From Octopus vulgaris (taxonomy: Eukaryota), in assembly GCA_951406725.2 (NCBI GenBank), contig OX597817.1, positions 53,444,001 to 53,508,000 on the forward strand: a stretch of DNA of 64,000 nt. Direction: 5' to 3'. How positions within the stretch are numbered: position 1 is the stretch's first letter; each line of letters begins with the position of its first letter. The position numbers were made by a program, and so were the translations under genes. Shown here in pieces: positions 50,150 to 63,670 of this stretch. The notes below the pieces were generated by a model, which saw nothing but the letters and a program-made list of their open reading frames with translations, made no database searches and was not told the DNA's origin.

Positions 50150-51247
50150 GTATATATATTGTGTGTGTACACAAACACACACTTGCATTTCTTTTGGTAT
50201 TGTTGTAAAATTAGGTCTGTGGAGAGCCTATTTCTGTGGCTAAGGCATGAGGTTAGATTTAACCAGTTTCATTGTTACGTAACAACTCATTTGGGAACTT
50301 CTAACGGCTCCTCGCCCACCCCAAACTCACCATGGTGGTGCTTGAAGGTTTACACATGAAACCACATACAAACAGCAGCAAGTACTATATTTCCTGCATT
50401 ACTTTCTGCCCTGACCCTCTCCCCCCTGTTTACCCCATTAAACTTTCGAACACTTTCTCTTCTGTTCTTCCTCTTTGTCATATTTCCTTTAATGAACAGA
50501 CACATCATAGAGCATACCGACTCTTTAACTCTGCAGGACAGACACAAGTTGGCAATTTCCAGTGATTCTGGTGCCATGATAAAATGTACTTCATTCACTC
50601 TGTTAAAGAATAGCAAATGATCAGTGACAATGTAGGGGTTAGATGGGTGCGTGCATAGTCTGTCAAAAAGGCAGGACTAACTCTCTGAGGGACAGTGCCT
50701 TGATATTATTCATCCAGTACACTCTGTGAAGTTGTTTAGGGTTTGGGTAATCCACTTGTAGAAACCCTGCCAATAATGAAACACTCTGAGTGGGATGGGG
50801 TCATTTAGGGCAGTGGTAACTCTGGTTTCATAACTGGTTCCCATTGTGATGGCCCCTCTAACCCATGCCAGCATGGTTAGTAGATGTGAAAATGAAGATG
50901 CAGCAAATACAAAACTAGGCACTAACTCTTTTGTATAATGACAAAAGACTGAGGATTAAGCAATAATTCTATACCAATATTACATTTTTGGTATTATTTA
51001 TTCTCCATTACACATGTTTCATTAGCTAATAGGAATCACAGAATTGTACATGTTGGATAAACATGTAAAAAAATTTTGTATTAAAAATTCTTCAGACCTA
51101 GAATTGATGAATAATATTGATATATTTTGGGATGGTCATTTTTTTTTTCATGCCAAATAATATTTTTTTCCAATGTAAATGTCTTATGTATTTTATTTAA
51201 AGGATAAATTATGAATTTCTGTTCTTTTTTTTCCCTTTCTCTTGTAG

Positions 51248-51353
51248 GATGTTAGCTGCAATGAAATTTCTCGTTTACCAATTGAAATAGGAAAGTTGCC
51301 TCTACTTCGGAGATTAAATGTTAGAAAAAATTTATTAGTAGAAATACCTCCAG
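51248..51353 (+). CDS. LRCH: Next LRCH coding exon (106 bp, phase 0 to 1)
   Basis: Long pyrimidine tract and ttgtag acceptor, CAG|gtaagt donor. Translates DVSCNEISRLPIEIGKLPLLRRLNVRKNLLVEIPP; the DVSCNEI motif is characteristic of LRCH proteins. Confidence 0.95.
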
Positions 51354-51569
51354 GTAAGTTGATCACTCATATTGTCTCTGGAACAATTGGGATTTTGCAT
51401 TTGAACAGCTTTTTCCATGGTTAAGACTAGTAGTTCTTAACACAGGGGTGACTAAGGGACGGTACGTGTTAAGGGGTGCACTATGGGGAGGAAGGGGTGT
51501 TTAGAAGGATTGTGATTCTTGTTAGAGATGAAATGTTTTAACCAGGTGCAATATTTATAAATGTAAACA

Positions 51570-51760
51570 TAGGCACAGGAGTGGCTGTGTGGTAAGTATC
51601 TTGCTTACCAACCACTTGGTCCTGGGTTCAGTCCCACTGCGTGGCACCATGGGCAAGTGTCTTCTACTATAGCCTTAGGCCGACCAAAGCCTTGTGAGTG
51701 GATTTGGTAGATGGAAACTGAAAGAAGCTTTACCTATATATACGTGTGTGTGTGAGTGTG
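51570..51760 (+). mobile_element. SINE family B, 5' half
   Basis: Head to microsatellite. Confidence 0.85.
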
Positions 51761-52396
51761 TTGCTGCCAGGATTTGAAAAATAGAGCACATTCCCCACCC
51801 CCACCCCGTATTTTGTGATTTAGTGGGGATTTTTGAAAAACAAGGGGGAATTTGTGGCAGTGTTCAGTGAACAAATTAAACACACCACCTGGCAGTGGCT
51901 AAAGCGCCAACTAATCAAGTTTATGTATAAATTTTATTTTATATGGTTTCTTTTTACACAATATTATAACAATGGCTAAACATTACGAGCCACCACTGCA
52001 TGTCAACATTGTGCAATGACCTTCCGTGTAAGGCCCTTACACATCCTCGTGCTAATTAGGCATGGCTTCTGACTTCCTCTTTCCATGAATGTATTCACGG
52101 AACTAGTTTATTAATAACATTTAGACAAAGTTATAACATAACATGGACATTCTAAGATACAACCGAAAAGATTAACATAGTGCACAGGGCCATACATTTA
52201 AATCTAGTAAATTTAAACTTTGGGAAAATGAATGCTAATCCTTTCTTTGTTGCAGTCACAAGGGCAACACATAGTGAGGGGTAGGTGGGGCATTACTTTG
52301 ATAGGTTACAAAATGTGTGAAGGTTAATAGGGAAATCTATGGTTGACTATTGGTTATACCTTCTCTCATATATATATACATATATATCTATATATA

Positions 52397-52502
52397 CGAG
52401 GGGTGTATGAAAAGTTTTGAGCCTTGAAGCTTTGTACCTTCATCAGAAGTCTTGCACCATGTTTTGTCTTTTTGAGGCTCATGACTATTCATACACCCCT
52501 CG
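52397..52502. mobile_element. Mariner-type MITE, 106 bp
   Basis: 27-bp TIRs CGAGGGGTGTATGAAAAGTTTTGAGCC (24/27 match), TA on the left, embedded in (TA)n. Confidence 0.85.
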
Positions 52503-52523
52503 TGTGTATATATATAATATATG

Positions 52524-52578
<55 letters not shown>

Positions 52579-52864
52579 AACACATAATAAAGTCCTTTAA
52601 GATCAACCATGAAACTCCACAGATCTGGGATAACCCTTACTGCCAAGGGCTAGTAACTTTTCTCAGCTGCATTTCCCAGTCTATAGATGCATGCTGAGCG
52701 TAGGCCTGTTCATTTGGGCCATGGTCATCATTCTCAATCATCTTTCAACTGATTTATTGGAAAGCAGCATCCCACTTTTCATCCCCATCTTCTCCAAATG
52801 TTGCTTGAAAAAGTCATTGAGATCATAACTGAAGAGGAAAGAGTTTATCTTCAACCATTTCTGT

Positions 52865-53131
52865 AATAATAAAATAATAAATGCGCCCTTTTAAAGCCTA
52901 GCCAGGCTCATGGGCCTGGTTTCCCGGTTTCAATGGCGTATGTGTTCCCCAGCTGGACGGGATACCAGTCCATTGCACCGTTACTCATTTTTGCCAGCTG
53001 AGTGGACTGGAGCAACGTGAAATGAAGTGTTTTGCTCAAGGACACAACGCGTCGCCCGGTCCAGGAATCGAAACCACAATCTTACGATCATGATGCTGCC
53101 ACCCTAACCACTAAGCCATGCGCCTCCACAC
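52865..53131 (-). mobile_element. tRNA-derived SINE family E; older copies at ~31805-32045 and ~59488-59730
   Basis: Minus strand tggcttagtggttag...ggtttcgattcctgg...tccttgagcaaaacacttc. Flanked by ttctgtaataa at ~52859 and ~53133, a probable TSD. Confidence 0.85.
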
Positions 53132-54299
53132 TTTCTGTAATAACTACCATATATCTTTTGCTATGACCATGAGGAAGAGAAAAACTGCCTACCCTATACA
53201 ATGAAGCAAAGATGGTACTGTAGTTTTTATGATGGACTTGGTCAACAACTAGATCTCTCTCTCAGATATGAAATAATTAGCAGTTCTTGGAGATTGTATA
53301 CAAAATGGTTTCATTGTTCTCTAAATCTTAGACATACCTGACTGACTAACTGCACTTCCATATCTATTGATTTTATCTTAAATTGGCAGTGCTTCTTTTA
53401 GTAGCACTACTAGGCAAGAAATTTCTGGAAGTTGTCCATAATCTTAAGCTGAAAATCCTCCAGAACAGACCAACTAGTTGATTCTAAAACAAGACATTTG
53501 TACTACAAAGCTAGAGGCGGTTTCAGCTGGGTTGGTATTGAAAGGGTTAATGACAACTAAGTTATTGTAGTAAATCCTTTGTTATATTTACAATTAATTG
53601 AAAGAAACACAGAGCTTCTCAACAGAAATATGCTAACAAAAGGGTTAAGATGATTATCTTGGCTATCATCTGGCAGAATAGTGTGAAAGTGTCACAAAGT
53701 ATGCCTACTTGTAACACTCAGTGTCAGAATGTCAACATTTTAGGTGATGGTGGTGGTCCTGGTAGCAGTGGAGATGGTGCTACTAACAGTGGTGACTGGT
53801 GGTAGTAGTAATTGGTGGTGTTGAGGTGTAGAAAAAAAAAATAAAGAACATGCTTGTTCTTCTCCCTTAAGTAGCACTTAGCCACCCCACTGTCAACCCT
53901 GTTTTGTAGTGATCCTTTATTTAAATGCTTTCCACCTGTGACCCTGCTATGTGTTTAGAGGCATCCAGATTATCTAATATGGCAGGGTTTTTTTTACAGT
54001 TGGTGTTTGGAAGGGTATCTAGCTGTAAAAACCCTGCCAAAACAGAGCAGCACAGGTTAGTTTTTCTACCTGGCCAGCTCCTGTGAACTGTCCTACCTAT
54101 GCATGCATGCATGGAAGATGGATGTTAAACAGTGATGATGATGATGATGATGTGTTTTCCTTTTTTGGCCATAAGGTGTGATTTGAGGATGGCGCTCTGT
54201 GAGTGAGGTTTGAACTTATATCTGTTTGTATGAACGTGGTCAAGGCTTCTTTGTGAAAGAAGCCTGGCTGTTAACTAGGTTTACTAATATCTCTTCTTC

Positions 54300-55093
54300 A
54301 TCATCATCATCGTCGTCGTCGTTTAACATCTGCTTTCCATGCTGGCATGGGTTGGATGGTTTGACTGAGGACTGGCAAGCCAGAAGGCTGTACCAGGCTC
54401 CAATCTGATCTGGCAAGATTTCTACAGCTGGATGCCCTTCCCAATGCCAACCACTCTGCAATGTTATTCAAGGGAAAGGTCACTCCTTTAGGACTGATAC
54501 AAATTGATGGCATCAATGTCATTGCAGGAGTTGCTGTCAGACTATGAAGGGCTAAAACAAATGCCTCGAGGCTTTCTAGCAGTCCCACCTGTCTACAGCT
54601 GAATCGATCCTATATTCTTATTGACCCCAAAATGGATGAAAGGCAAAGTTAACTTTGGCAGGGTTTGAGTTCAAGGCACGAAAAATCAGAATGAACACTC
54701 TAGTGTGCTGACACTCTTACAACTCTGCCAGTTCACCACCTTGACTTGTTTAAGATGAGGCTGCTATATCTAGCTGATTGAGCAGCCATGTATCAGCTCC
54801 AATGTCAACTCATAATAATAATGATGATGATAATGATGTTGCTTTACCTGAGGTTGAGCAGGCCTGTTATAATAATAATCATCCTTTCTATAGGCACGAG
54901 GCCTGAAATTTTGGGGGAGGGGACTATTTGATTACATCGACTCCAGTGTATAACTCGTACTTAATTTATCAACCCTGAAAGGATGAAAGGCAAAGTCGAC
55001 TCCAGTTGCTTTTGAACTCAGAACGTGAAGACAGACGAAATACCACTAAGCATTTCACCTGGTGTGCTAACAACTCTACCAGCTTTCCGCCTT
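54300..55093 (-). mobile_element. Cluster: SINE C tail and two SINE A copies, minus strand
   Basis: C at ~54300-54458; A at ~54600-54742 and ~54880-55093. Confidence 0.78.
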
Positions 55094-55512
55094 GTTATAG
55101 TAATAATGCCCTAATGCAGTACTAGGCAGTGGCTCTCATGGTTTTTGATCTTAATTGATTGGAAGTGCTATCAATACATTGTTTTGTCTTGGTATGAAAG
55201 AAGGGCTACAGCAAATATTCTGCTCAATACCACAGATTTGCTTGTCAGTTGCTTGACCTTTGGCAGCTGATGATATGTGCATCTCTGATCACGAGCAGAA
55301 ATTATGGGGGAGCATCATAGCCATGTGTTGAGAGGAATACTTTGGTATTTGAATAATTCATCTCTGGAAACATGGGTGTTTCGTTCAAAATCCTTAAACA
55401 AACCTTATTCAGGGACTTTTTGAGCAGGATGGGCTACTCAACCTGGAAAAAATTCTAACTGAGCTTCTCAGACTGCAATTACTGGTATTATATGTTGTGG
55501 ATTGTTATTACT

Positions 55513-55903
55513 CTCTTTTACTTTTTTACTTGTTTCACTCATTTGACTGCAGCCATGCTGGAGCACCGCCTTTAGGACTTATTATTTGTAAGCCTAGTAC
55601 TTATTCTATTGGTCTCTTTTGCCAAACTGCTAAATTATGGGGACGTAAACACACCAGCATCGGTTGTCAAGCGATGTTGGGACAACAAACACAGACACAC
55701 AAACACGTACATGCACATACATATATATATACATATATACAATGGGCTTCTTTCAGTTTCCATCTACCAAATCCACTCACAAAGCTTTGGTCAGCCTGAG
55801 GCTATAGTAGAAGACACTTGCCCCAGGTGCCAAGCAGTGGGACTGAACCTGGAATCATGTGGCTGGTAAGCAAGCTACTTACCACACAGCCACTCTTGTG
55901 CCT
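55513..55903 (-). mobile_element. SINE family B
   Basis: Reverse-complement full-length copy. Confidence 0.88.
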
Positions 55904-56461
55904 ATATTGAATAAAATTTGAAAATGAAATCATAGAACGAGTAGATTAAAATGATTAGGAGGCGGGGCAAAAAACCATGCAAGCTCATCTTTTTATTTAT
56001 TAATGTGTACAACATTTAGAAATGGCTGTATAATGGAAACTATAGATCTTTGATGTTCAACATTTATCTCACTTGCGGTGAATAAATAATTTATGTAATT
56101 CCCTTGAAAACTATGCAGAGAACTGTTAAAACAAGCACATTGCTAACTGACATGGTGTGCGTGTGTTTATGTGTAAACTTTGACTGATCAATATCTATGC
56201 GTTAGACGTTACTAGAACATAGTTTGCCAACATGGAGGGCCTCTCTGCAGCTGTGTGTATGTGTGTATAAACATTCAATGACCAGTTTACTCTTAATGAC
56301 TCCATGCTAAACAGACACCTTTAGAAATTCCCTCCTTGTTTGCTACAGATAGTTGCTGTTTAGTCAAAGTTCAGCCCTGAATAAGCAGATATGTTATGAA
56401 AGGCAATCTGGTCATGGCTATCCTGTCTTTTCAGACAATCTTTCTCAGACTACATTATCAA

Positions 56462-56618
56462 AGGAGTGGGTGTGTGGTAAGTAGCTTACTTACCAACCAT
56501 ATGGTTCTGGGTTCAGTCCCACTGCGTGGCACCTTGGACAAGTGTCTCCTACTATAGCCGCGGGCCGACCAAAGCCTTGTGAGTGGATTTGGTAGACGGA
56601 AACTGAAAGAAGCCCGTC

Positions 56619-56664
<46 letters not shown>

Positions 56665-56865
56665 CTGTGTTTGTCCCCCCAACATTGCTTGACAACCGAT
56701 GCTGGTGTGTTTATGTCCCCGTAACTTAGCAGTTTGGCAAGAGATCGATAGAATAAGTACTAGGTTTACAAGGAATAAGTCCTGGGGTCAATTTGCTCGG
56801 CTAAAAGGCAGTGTTCCAGCATAGCCACAGTCAAATGACTGAAGCAAGTAAAAGAGTAAAAGAGT
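56462..56865 (+). mobile_element. SINE family B, near consensus
   Basis: Full-length copy with several CpGs retained. Confidence 0.9.
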
Positions 56866-57353
56866 TACCCACTTTTTTTTATTCTTTACAGACAGATTTT
56901 GTTGCTATTTCTAGCAGGTTTAGTGACTCTGTAGAGGCTCTCATTGACTTGTATGGCAAATAGTTTTCCTGCTAGGAGTGTTATCTCTAAGTTTAAGCTC
57001 TTTTCACCACCACCTCCACCACCACTATCACAATCAAGTAACATTTATATTCTTTTACTGACATGAGTTAACCTGGCAAGCAGCAGTCCTGCACCTTACA
57101 TCTTAGCCTATCATTTCATCTGACATAACAGGGTGAGGTTTCCCTGTCTCTGAGAGGCACTCAGATATCTTGAGTGAAGCTCAATTGTAGAGGGGGAGAG
57201 ACTGGGAGAGAGAGAGGAGAAAGAGAGACCATCCTCAAACCCAGCATTTTTGTAGTAGGATCATCTCAGGAAGAAGATATCGCAAACAATACTGGGATGG
57301 GAAGGAAGTATACAAGTTTTATATCTAGACATAAACATACAACACACTATATA

Positions 57354-57400
<47 letters not shown>

Positions 57401-58505
57401 AAATATATAGTATTGTAATGTGTCAATTATATACTAAATTACATGGCAACAGTCACAGGAAATATAGCTCAAATTTGTATTTAAATATAAAATCTGACCT
57501 TAGCCTACAACTACACAGTCATAGAGTATAGAAGCAACGTGAATGGTGTAAGGTGTCAATCCTGCATCTAGAAATACAGAGCTGTGAGCCAAGTACTGTG
57601 TGTGTGTGTAATGTAGTAAGGCAAGTGTTAGCTTGGGCTGGACAGTTTGCCTGGAGCTGACAATCTGGAGGGCTATGATATGGATTTTCTGCAATCTTTG
57701 GTGTGTGTATGTACACACACACACACGTTATATCTTTAGAATTGGTACACCAATTTATAAGAGAGTTGGTATTAGAAAGAGTACCTGCTTACAAATCACT
57801 GCCTCAGAATAGCCCGTCTCCCTTGTGCCCTTTTGGTAGTGTAATGGCAATAATGTGTGTGTGTGTGTGTGTATATTTATATAAAACATATTTCTGTAAG
57901 AATGTAGTTATATAATGTTTGAATATATCTGTGATGTTACATTTGGCTCTCAAACTGGAATTTAGAGAGACAATGGTGTGTGGATAGAGGAAGTTGTGTG
58001 AAATTATGGTTTCAATGTACTTTTAGAAAATATTCGAATGAGATTTCTTGATAATTTATTGAAATTACACACATAGCTTTGCATCATTTTGAGAGAGAAC
58101 AAGACCATCGCTATTGGATATTATGCACTTATTATGTGGTAAAGTACATTAAGTTATTAAAATATTGCCATGAATTTGAGTCAATACTTTTGGAAAACTC
58201 CTCTGTCCATTCCACCGAGGGTGGGGTGTGGGTGTGTGTGTGTGTGTGTTGGTGAGTTTAGTAATGTAAGATGATTGGAACATAATTCTTTTCAATGCTG
58301 ACAATTTTGTTTTTAATTCAAAGTAATTATAAATGTTTCCATGAAGAATGATGCAACATGAGACTATTGCTAAACTACTTGTCCTCTAGTGTTATTCTCA
58401 GAGATTCCATTAATTGTTCTTTGCAATTTAGTTGTTGTGAAGCAAGTGTGATGATCTGTCTTGCCCCAGGGTCTGGAGACACAGAGAATATGCTGCTGCT
58501 GTTGT

Positions 58506-58706
58506 TGTTGTTGTTAAGCAACAAGACGGGTAAGGGTGATTAGGTGATGGTCTAGGGCTTAGGGGCGGGAGACCCCAGACCTTGGAAAGAAAAAAACTTT
58601 GGTCGTCTAGTTGTAGTCGAGGGGTCTTTGTTGACGCCCGACACCACTGGGAGGTAGCCCTTGAAGTCGCTGGAAATGGAGATCTCCAGGTTCAAATTCT
58701 TGAACG
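58506..58706 (-). mobile_element. Second copy of the ~205-bp (CAA)n-tailed retroposon, 14-bp TSD
   Basis: TSD GCTGCTGCTGTTGT at 58492-58505 and 58707-58720. Confidence 0.88.
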
Positions 58707-58985
58707 GCTGCTGCTGTTGTATTCTTGCTTTGGTGTGCTTCAACCATTCTTACGTAGCATATCTCCTCCAGTCATGTTGTCTATCTCAAGTAGAACAATG
58801 AGTAGTTGAAGTAGCACTGCCTCCTGGCATTTTAGTGGGGTGTGGCAGCTTCTTTTCTTCCCCCACTGGTCTCTGAGACCCTGGTAAAGATCATGGACAC
58901 CATCCTGTCCCCGCTAACTAAACCTTAACAAACATAGCCAAACCATGACCAGTATGGAGATGTGTAGCAAGATGAAACTTTATTT

Positions 58986-59211
58986 CAGTGGTCTTCAACT
59001 GGTGTCTGTATAAGATTTTGTTAAAATTTATGTACAATTAATTACTTTTACTTCAAAACACAAAATATTTCAATTTTTTTAATAAAATTCCTAATAATAC
59101 TTAATTATAAAAATACAGTAGGATTTTTTAATATCTACATCAAATGGCTATGGCAGTCCAGTTGAGTAACAAGCATCAAAGGGATAGGCAAAAAATGGTT
59201 GAAAACCACCT
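58986..59211. mobile_element. hAT/Charlie-like MITE
   Basis: CAGTGGTCTTCAAC...GTTGAAAACCAC; imperfect 8-bp TSD ctttattt/ctttagat. Confidence 0.65.
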
Positions 59212-60785
59212 CTTTAGATGGAGTTTGTCATGTCAAAGATGGAATTTGGTATAAAGGGAGCTGTTGTTCTTTTGGTCTTTTAATCAAGTGAAAGGAAACG
59301 GTCCTCATGACTTTTACTAAGTCAATGTATGAAATTGGTGAGTGTGAGGCAAAGAGGGTGGGTATCCTCAGACTGGACACCTGGCCTAAGTGTTTTCAAA
59401 AAATTGTTTGCTGTTTACCCTAAGGTCAGTCCATATTGAGCAGACTTGTGATCAAAGACATTCCAACTGTGACTCTTTTATCAATTTGTGAAGGTGCATG
59501 GTTTAGTGGTTTTGGCTGTCAAACTCATGATAGTAAGAATGTGGTTTCAATTCCTGGACCAGGTGATGCATTGTGTTCTTGAGCAAAACCCTTCATTTCA
59601 CATTGTTCTAGTCCACTCAGCTGGGAAATATGAATAATCTTGTGATGGACTGGTGTCCCATCCAGGTGTGGGAATATATATATGCTACAAAAACTGAAGA
59701 AACTGGTCCTATGGATTTGTATGACCCAGGAAAGATCTTTACCCCATTCTTTCATCATTTTGCTTTGTGCAGGGAGCTTAGGATCTCATTGTGTAATATG
59801 GCTGTTTTCCTTAGACAGTTGGGTGAAATTTGAGGCAGGCTTGGCTGCTATTTGTAGCAGGGTCATAGTAGTTGTGGTGTTGGTAGGGTTTAGGAAGGTG
59901 CAGGGAGGTTTTCTGCTAAATATCTTTTCTGATATTGGAGATTAAATTCTCTGGAGTTAGCTGTTTAGTCTGCTTTAGGTTGGATGTATTAGAAACTATT
60001 TTGGAAATTCTAGCCTACCACAATGCTACTAACACACACACACACACACGGATGCACGCATATGCACACACATGCTGTAGCACATAGACACACACACTCT
60101 CTTTAAGCTTTCTTTACACATAAGATAAGGGAAATATATGATGCAGTCATAAAGCTGACTCTGTTGTTTGATATCAGTAATATCTCTCTAAGTAAATCTT
60201 TAAAGATATGGTACAGTTGGTTGTTACATAGAGGGCGGGAGCCGGTTCATGTAGTCCAAATAGGTTTTGTGTATTGTCACCTCTAATCTTTCACCAACCA
60301 ACCAACTTGTATTGTTTGAAAATATATTATTAGACTAAGAACAACAAGAATACATATTTTCTACACTGCTTCTCTTCAGAGAAGGTATTATTGTCTTATG
60401 ATGTGGGGTACTGAATCTAATATAAAACAGTAGTGGCCAAGATGTGGTTCCACACTCCTCAAAACTTTGGAACGATTGGAGTTTAGGGATGGAATGTTTT
60501 GGAAAACAGTGTTATTGTAAGCTGTTATTGGTGGTAAGACTTCAAAGATGAGAGGAGGAGGAGGAGAGAAGTGCAACATTCTTCACTTCTAACACTCCTT
60601 CTTGAGTTCCCAATGATTGTCAGGACGAAAGGAGGACATTATTGTCAAATTGAAGAATGTCTACAATTGAATGGCCTTCACTAAAGTCACCCAAGGACTG
60701 GCTGGTGGTGTTAAGCTGAGTGATAGATTAACAGGTTTATCCACTGGTCAGTCCTGAAGGATTAGACTTTTAATTAAAAATGTTC

Positions 60786-60971
60786 ATGTAAAAAGCACCC
60801 ACTACACTCTCGGAGTGGTTGGCGTTAGGAAGGGCATCCAACTATAGAAACTCTGCCAGATCAAGATTTGAGTCTGGTGCGGCCATCTGGTTCACCAGCC
60901 CTCAGTCAAAATCATCCAACCCATGCTGGCATGGAAAGCAGACGTTAAACGATGATGATGATGATGATGAT
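60786..60971 (+). mobile_element. SINE family C 3' end
   Basis: Family motif and (GAT)n tail. Confidence 0.85.
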
Positions 60972-62232
60972 GTTTCAACTGTAACTATCCTGTTTTTTTT
61001 TTACCAGTTTACGGCATAGTTTACCCTGGTCTGCATTATTCAATGTAGTCCTTTCTTTAAAGATAGGTGTGATTTGAGAAAAATTTAGCTGTCATATCTA
61101 GCAGGTCAAGCAACACTGCAGAGGCTTCCAAAATGTGTTAATGAGTGAATCCTTGTTACTCTTTGGGATGGCCTTGATTTAGATGTCTAGGAGGTCTGTC
61201 TGTGTGTCTTTATGTAGCACCATCACCACCACCACCACCATCTCATATATGTGAGCACTAAGTTGTGTATTGAGCCGTTTTCTACAGTTCCTCTCTCTCA
61301 AACTGTGAAATGGTGACAACTGAAGTGAACAGAAAAAAATATTACCTTGCTCAGGAGACACAATATAATAATTTCTTGTGAGATTTAGAACTCGTGGTGA
61401 AGATGCAGACTTATTAAAAAACAGAGCAAAAAAACAAAATAAACCAGTTTTCAGTGTTTCCCACTTGGTGCTGCTGCTGCTACTCTAGACATGTATGAGT
61501 AGCTAATTAATTAAACTTCTGCTCTTATTACACATTCTCTCTCTACTATGGAGTAACACCTTGTGCAAGATATTATTAAACTTATTAAATTCGAGTGATG
61601 ATGATGATGTTGATGGCAGCAGCTATGTTAGTGGTGGTGGTTGCTGTGTTGTTGATGGTGGTGGTGGTGGTGTTAGTGATGGTACTGGAGTGGGGTGGGG
61701 GTAGGGTAACTAGTGAGGTTCTCGGACCTCACCTACTGTAAATAACTGTCCGCACGTGTGTATTTTCTCTGTACACAGAGGTAGCCCTTAACTTGTTCTA
61801 TATTGTCAACTTGTGAAATGAACACCCCACCACCTACCCTGTTTGTGTGTGTTTAATGAATAAGTGTTTACATAATGTAGTAGTAGTAGTAGTAATGATG
61901 ATGATGATGCTGACAATTTTAGTGGTGGTCACTCAAGTGGTTTGATACATTTACGCAATACACCATGGCTGTAAGCTTTGAACAGGATATGATGAAAATG
62001 TAATTCTCTTTCTAACCACATTACATGTAAACGGTGCCTATATGGTAGTAAACCGACACACACACACACACAAATGCATTCACACGCACGCAGCTACCCC
62101 CACTCTTCTTTACATCTGAGCTATTTCTTTCAGTTGGTAAGTCTCTTTAATAAACTAATGCCAGCACAAACTGTGCCTGCTTGGATATTTTAAGGTGTTG
62201 TTGCTGGCTGTTCAAAATTAGATTCTCACATC

Positions 62233-62237
<5 letters not shown>

Positions 62238-62284
<47 letters not shown>

Positions 62285-62292
62285 TAGATAAT

Positions 62293-62328
<36 letters not shown>

Positions 62329-62516
62329 CATACATACATACATATACATTATAATATATATACACACATATACATCTATACATTATATTATATATACATA
62401 CATATATATTATAATATATATACACACACATCTATACATTATATATATATATATATACATACATATATGTACATACCTACATATATATGTTTATATACAT
62501 GCATCTATCTATCTAT

Positions 62517-62585
<69 letters not shown>

Positions 62586-62612
62586 TACATATACATTATA
62601 TATAAATACACA
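62238..62612. repeat. (TA)n/(CA)n compound microsatellite
   Basis: Directly visible. Confidence 0.95.
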
Positions 62613-63577
62613 CAGACTGAACAAGCCCCATTTACCCTAGTCTATCAGATTGACTTACATTCCTGCCCTTTATTGATGTGGGTCCCCTAAAAATAGGTGA
62701 TGCATCTACACAATTGCTTGGCCTGATTGTTGAGTGTTCCCCTTTTTTTCAAAAGGGGTTAGGTGTGTGGCTTTATTGTCTCCATTGGAACCAGTTTGGG
62801 TCTTTTAAAAGTAGCCACAGCTGTCGCTAAGATCAAACACAATGACAAATGGCACACAGGCCTGTTCCCTTTAACAGTGTGGAAATGGTTAGTGCTGATT
62901 GTTCCTCTTTGAAAATGTGTCAGGAGTTCAGTCTATAAAGACTCTCTGAGTTCTTCTTTCTCGTTGTCTTTCTCTCTTCAGATTTTCCTTCTTTCTTTCC
63001 TTCCATCCTCCAGATGGTGAGTGACTATATATATAAAAAGTGTCTAATTAGTGGCAGGCCACTGCTGCTGCTAGGGTGGAAGTGATGATGTTCAGCCAAG
63101 TCCTGCCACACTGCTGCCTCTGTCATCTGACAATAAACTGTTACAGTTTTAAGACTTTTAAAGAATTGGTTATGTAAACTTACATCCGCTTCCCCTCCCC
63201 ATTCTTTACACGTGGTTACATACATATTAACACACACACACACACACACACACAGATGCATGTAGTTGTTAAAGTGCTGGTTTAAATTTATATTAAATAG
63301 TACATGTAAAAATATGTTGTCAATGTGTCTGTATATATATGAGAGAGAGAGAGAAGGGGCAGGAGAGAAAGAGGGAGAGAGAGAGAGAATAGTCGAAGGG
63401 TGTGAGTGTGTATATATATATCACTATATGTGTGTGAAAGAGAATGAGAAGGAGGGTGTATATAAAGTGTGTGTGTGTGTGTGTATGATGCACACATGCT
63501 TGTACATACAATAAACTAACTGTAACCTTTATATACACTACAGGAAATGGAAGCTTAGTGGTTAACTACTGCTGCCA

Positions 63578-63638
63578 CCACACACTGACACACACACAAA
63601 CACACACATTAACACTATCTTACATGCACACACACACA

Positions 63639-63670
<32 letters not shown>

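Larger units (their letters stand above)
38438..51247 (+). other. GT-AG intron of the LRCH-like gene, 12,810 bp
   Basis: gtaagt...ttgtag; flanking exons join as ...LMDL|DVSCN... Confidence 0.9.
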
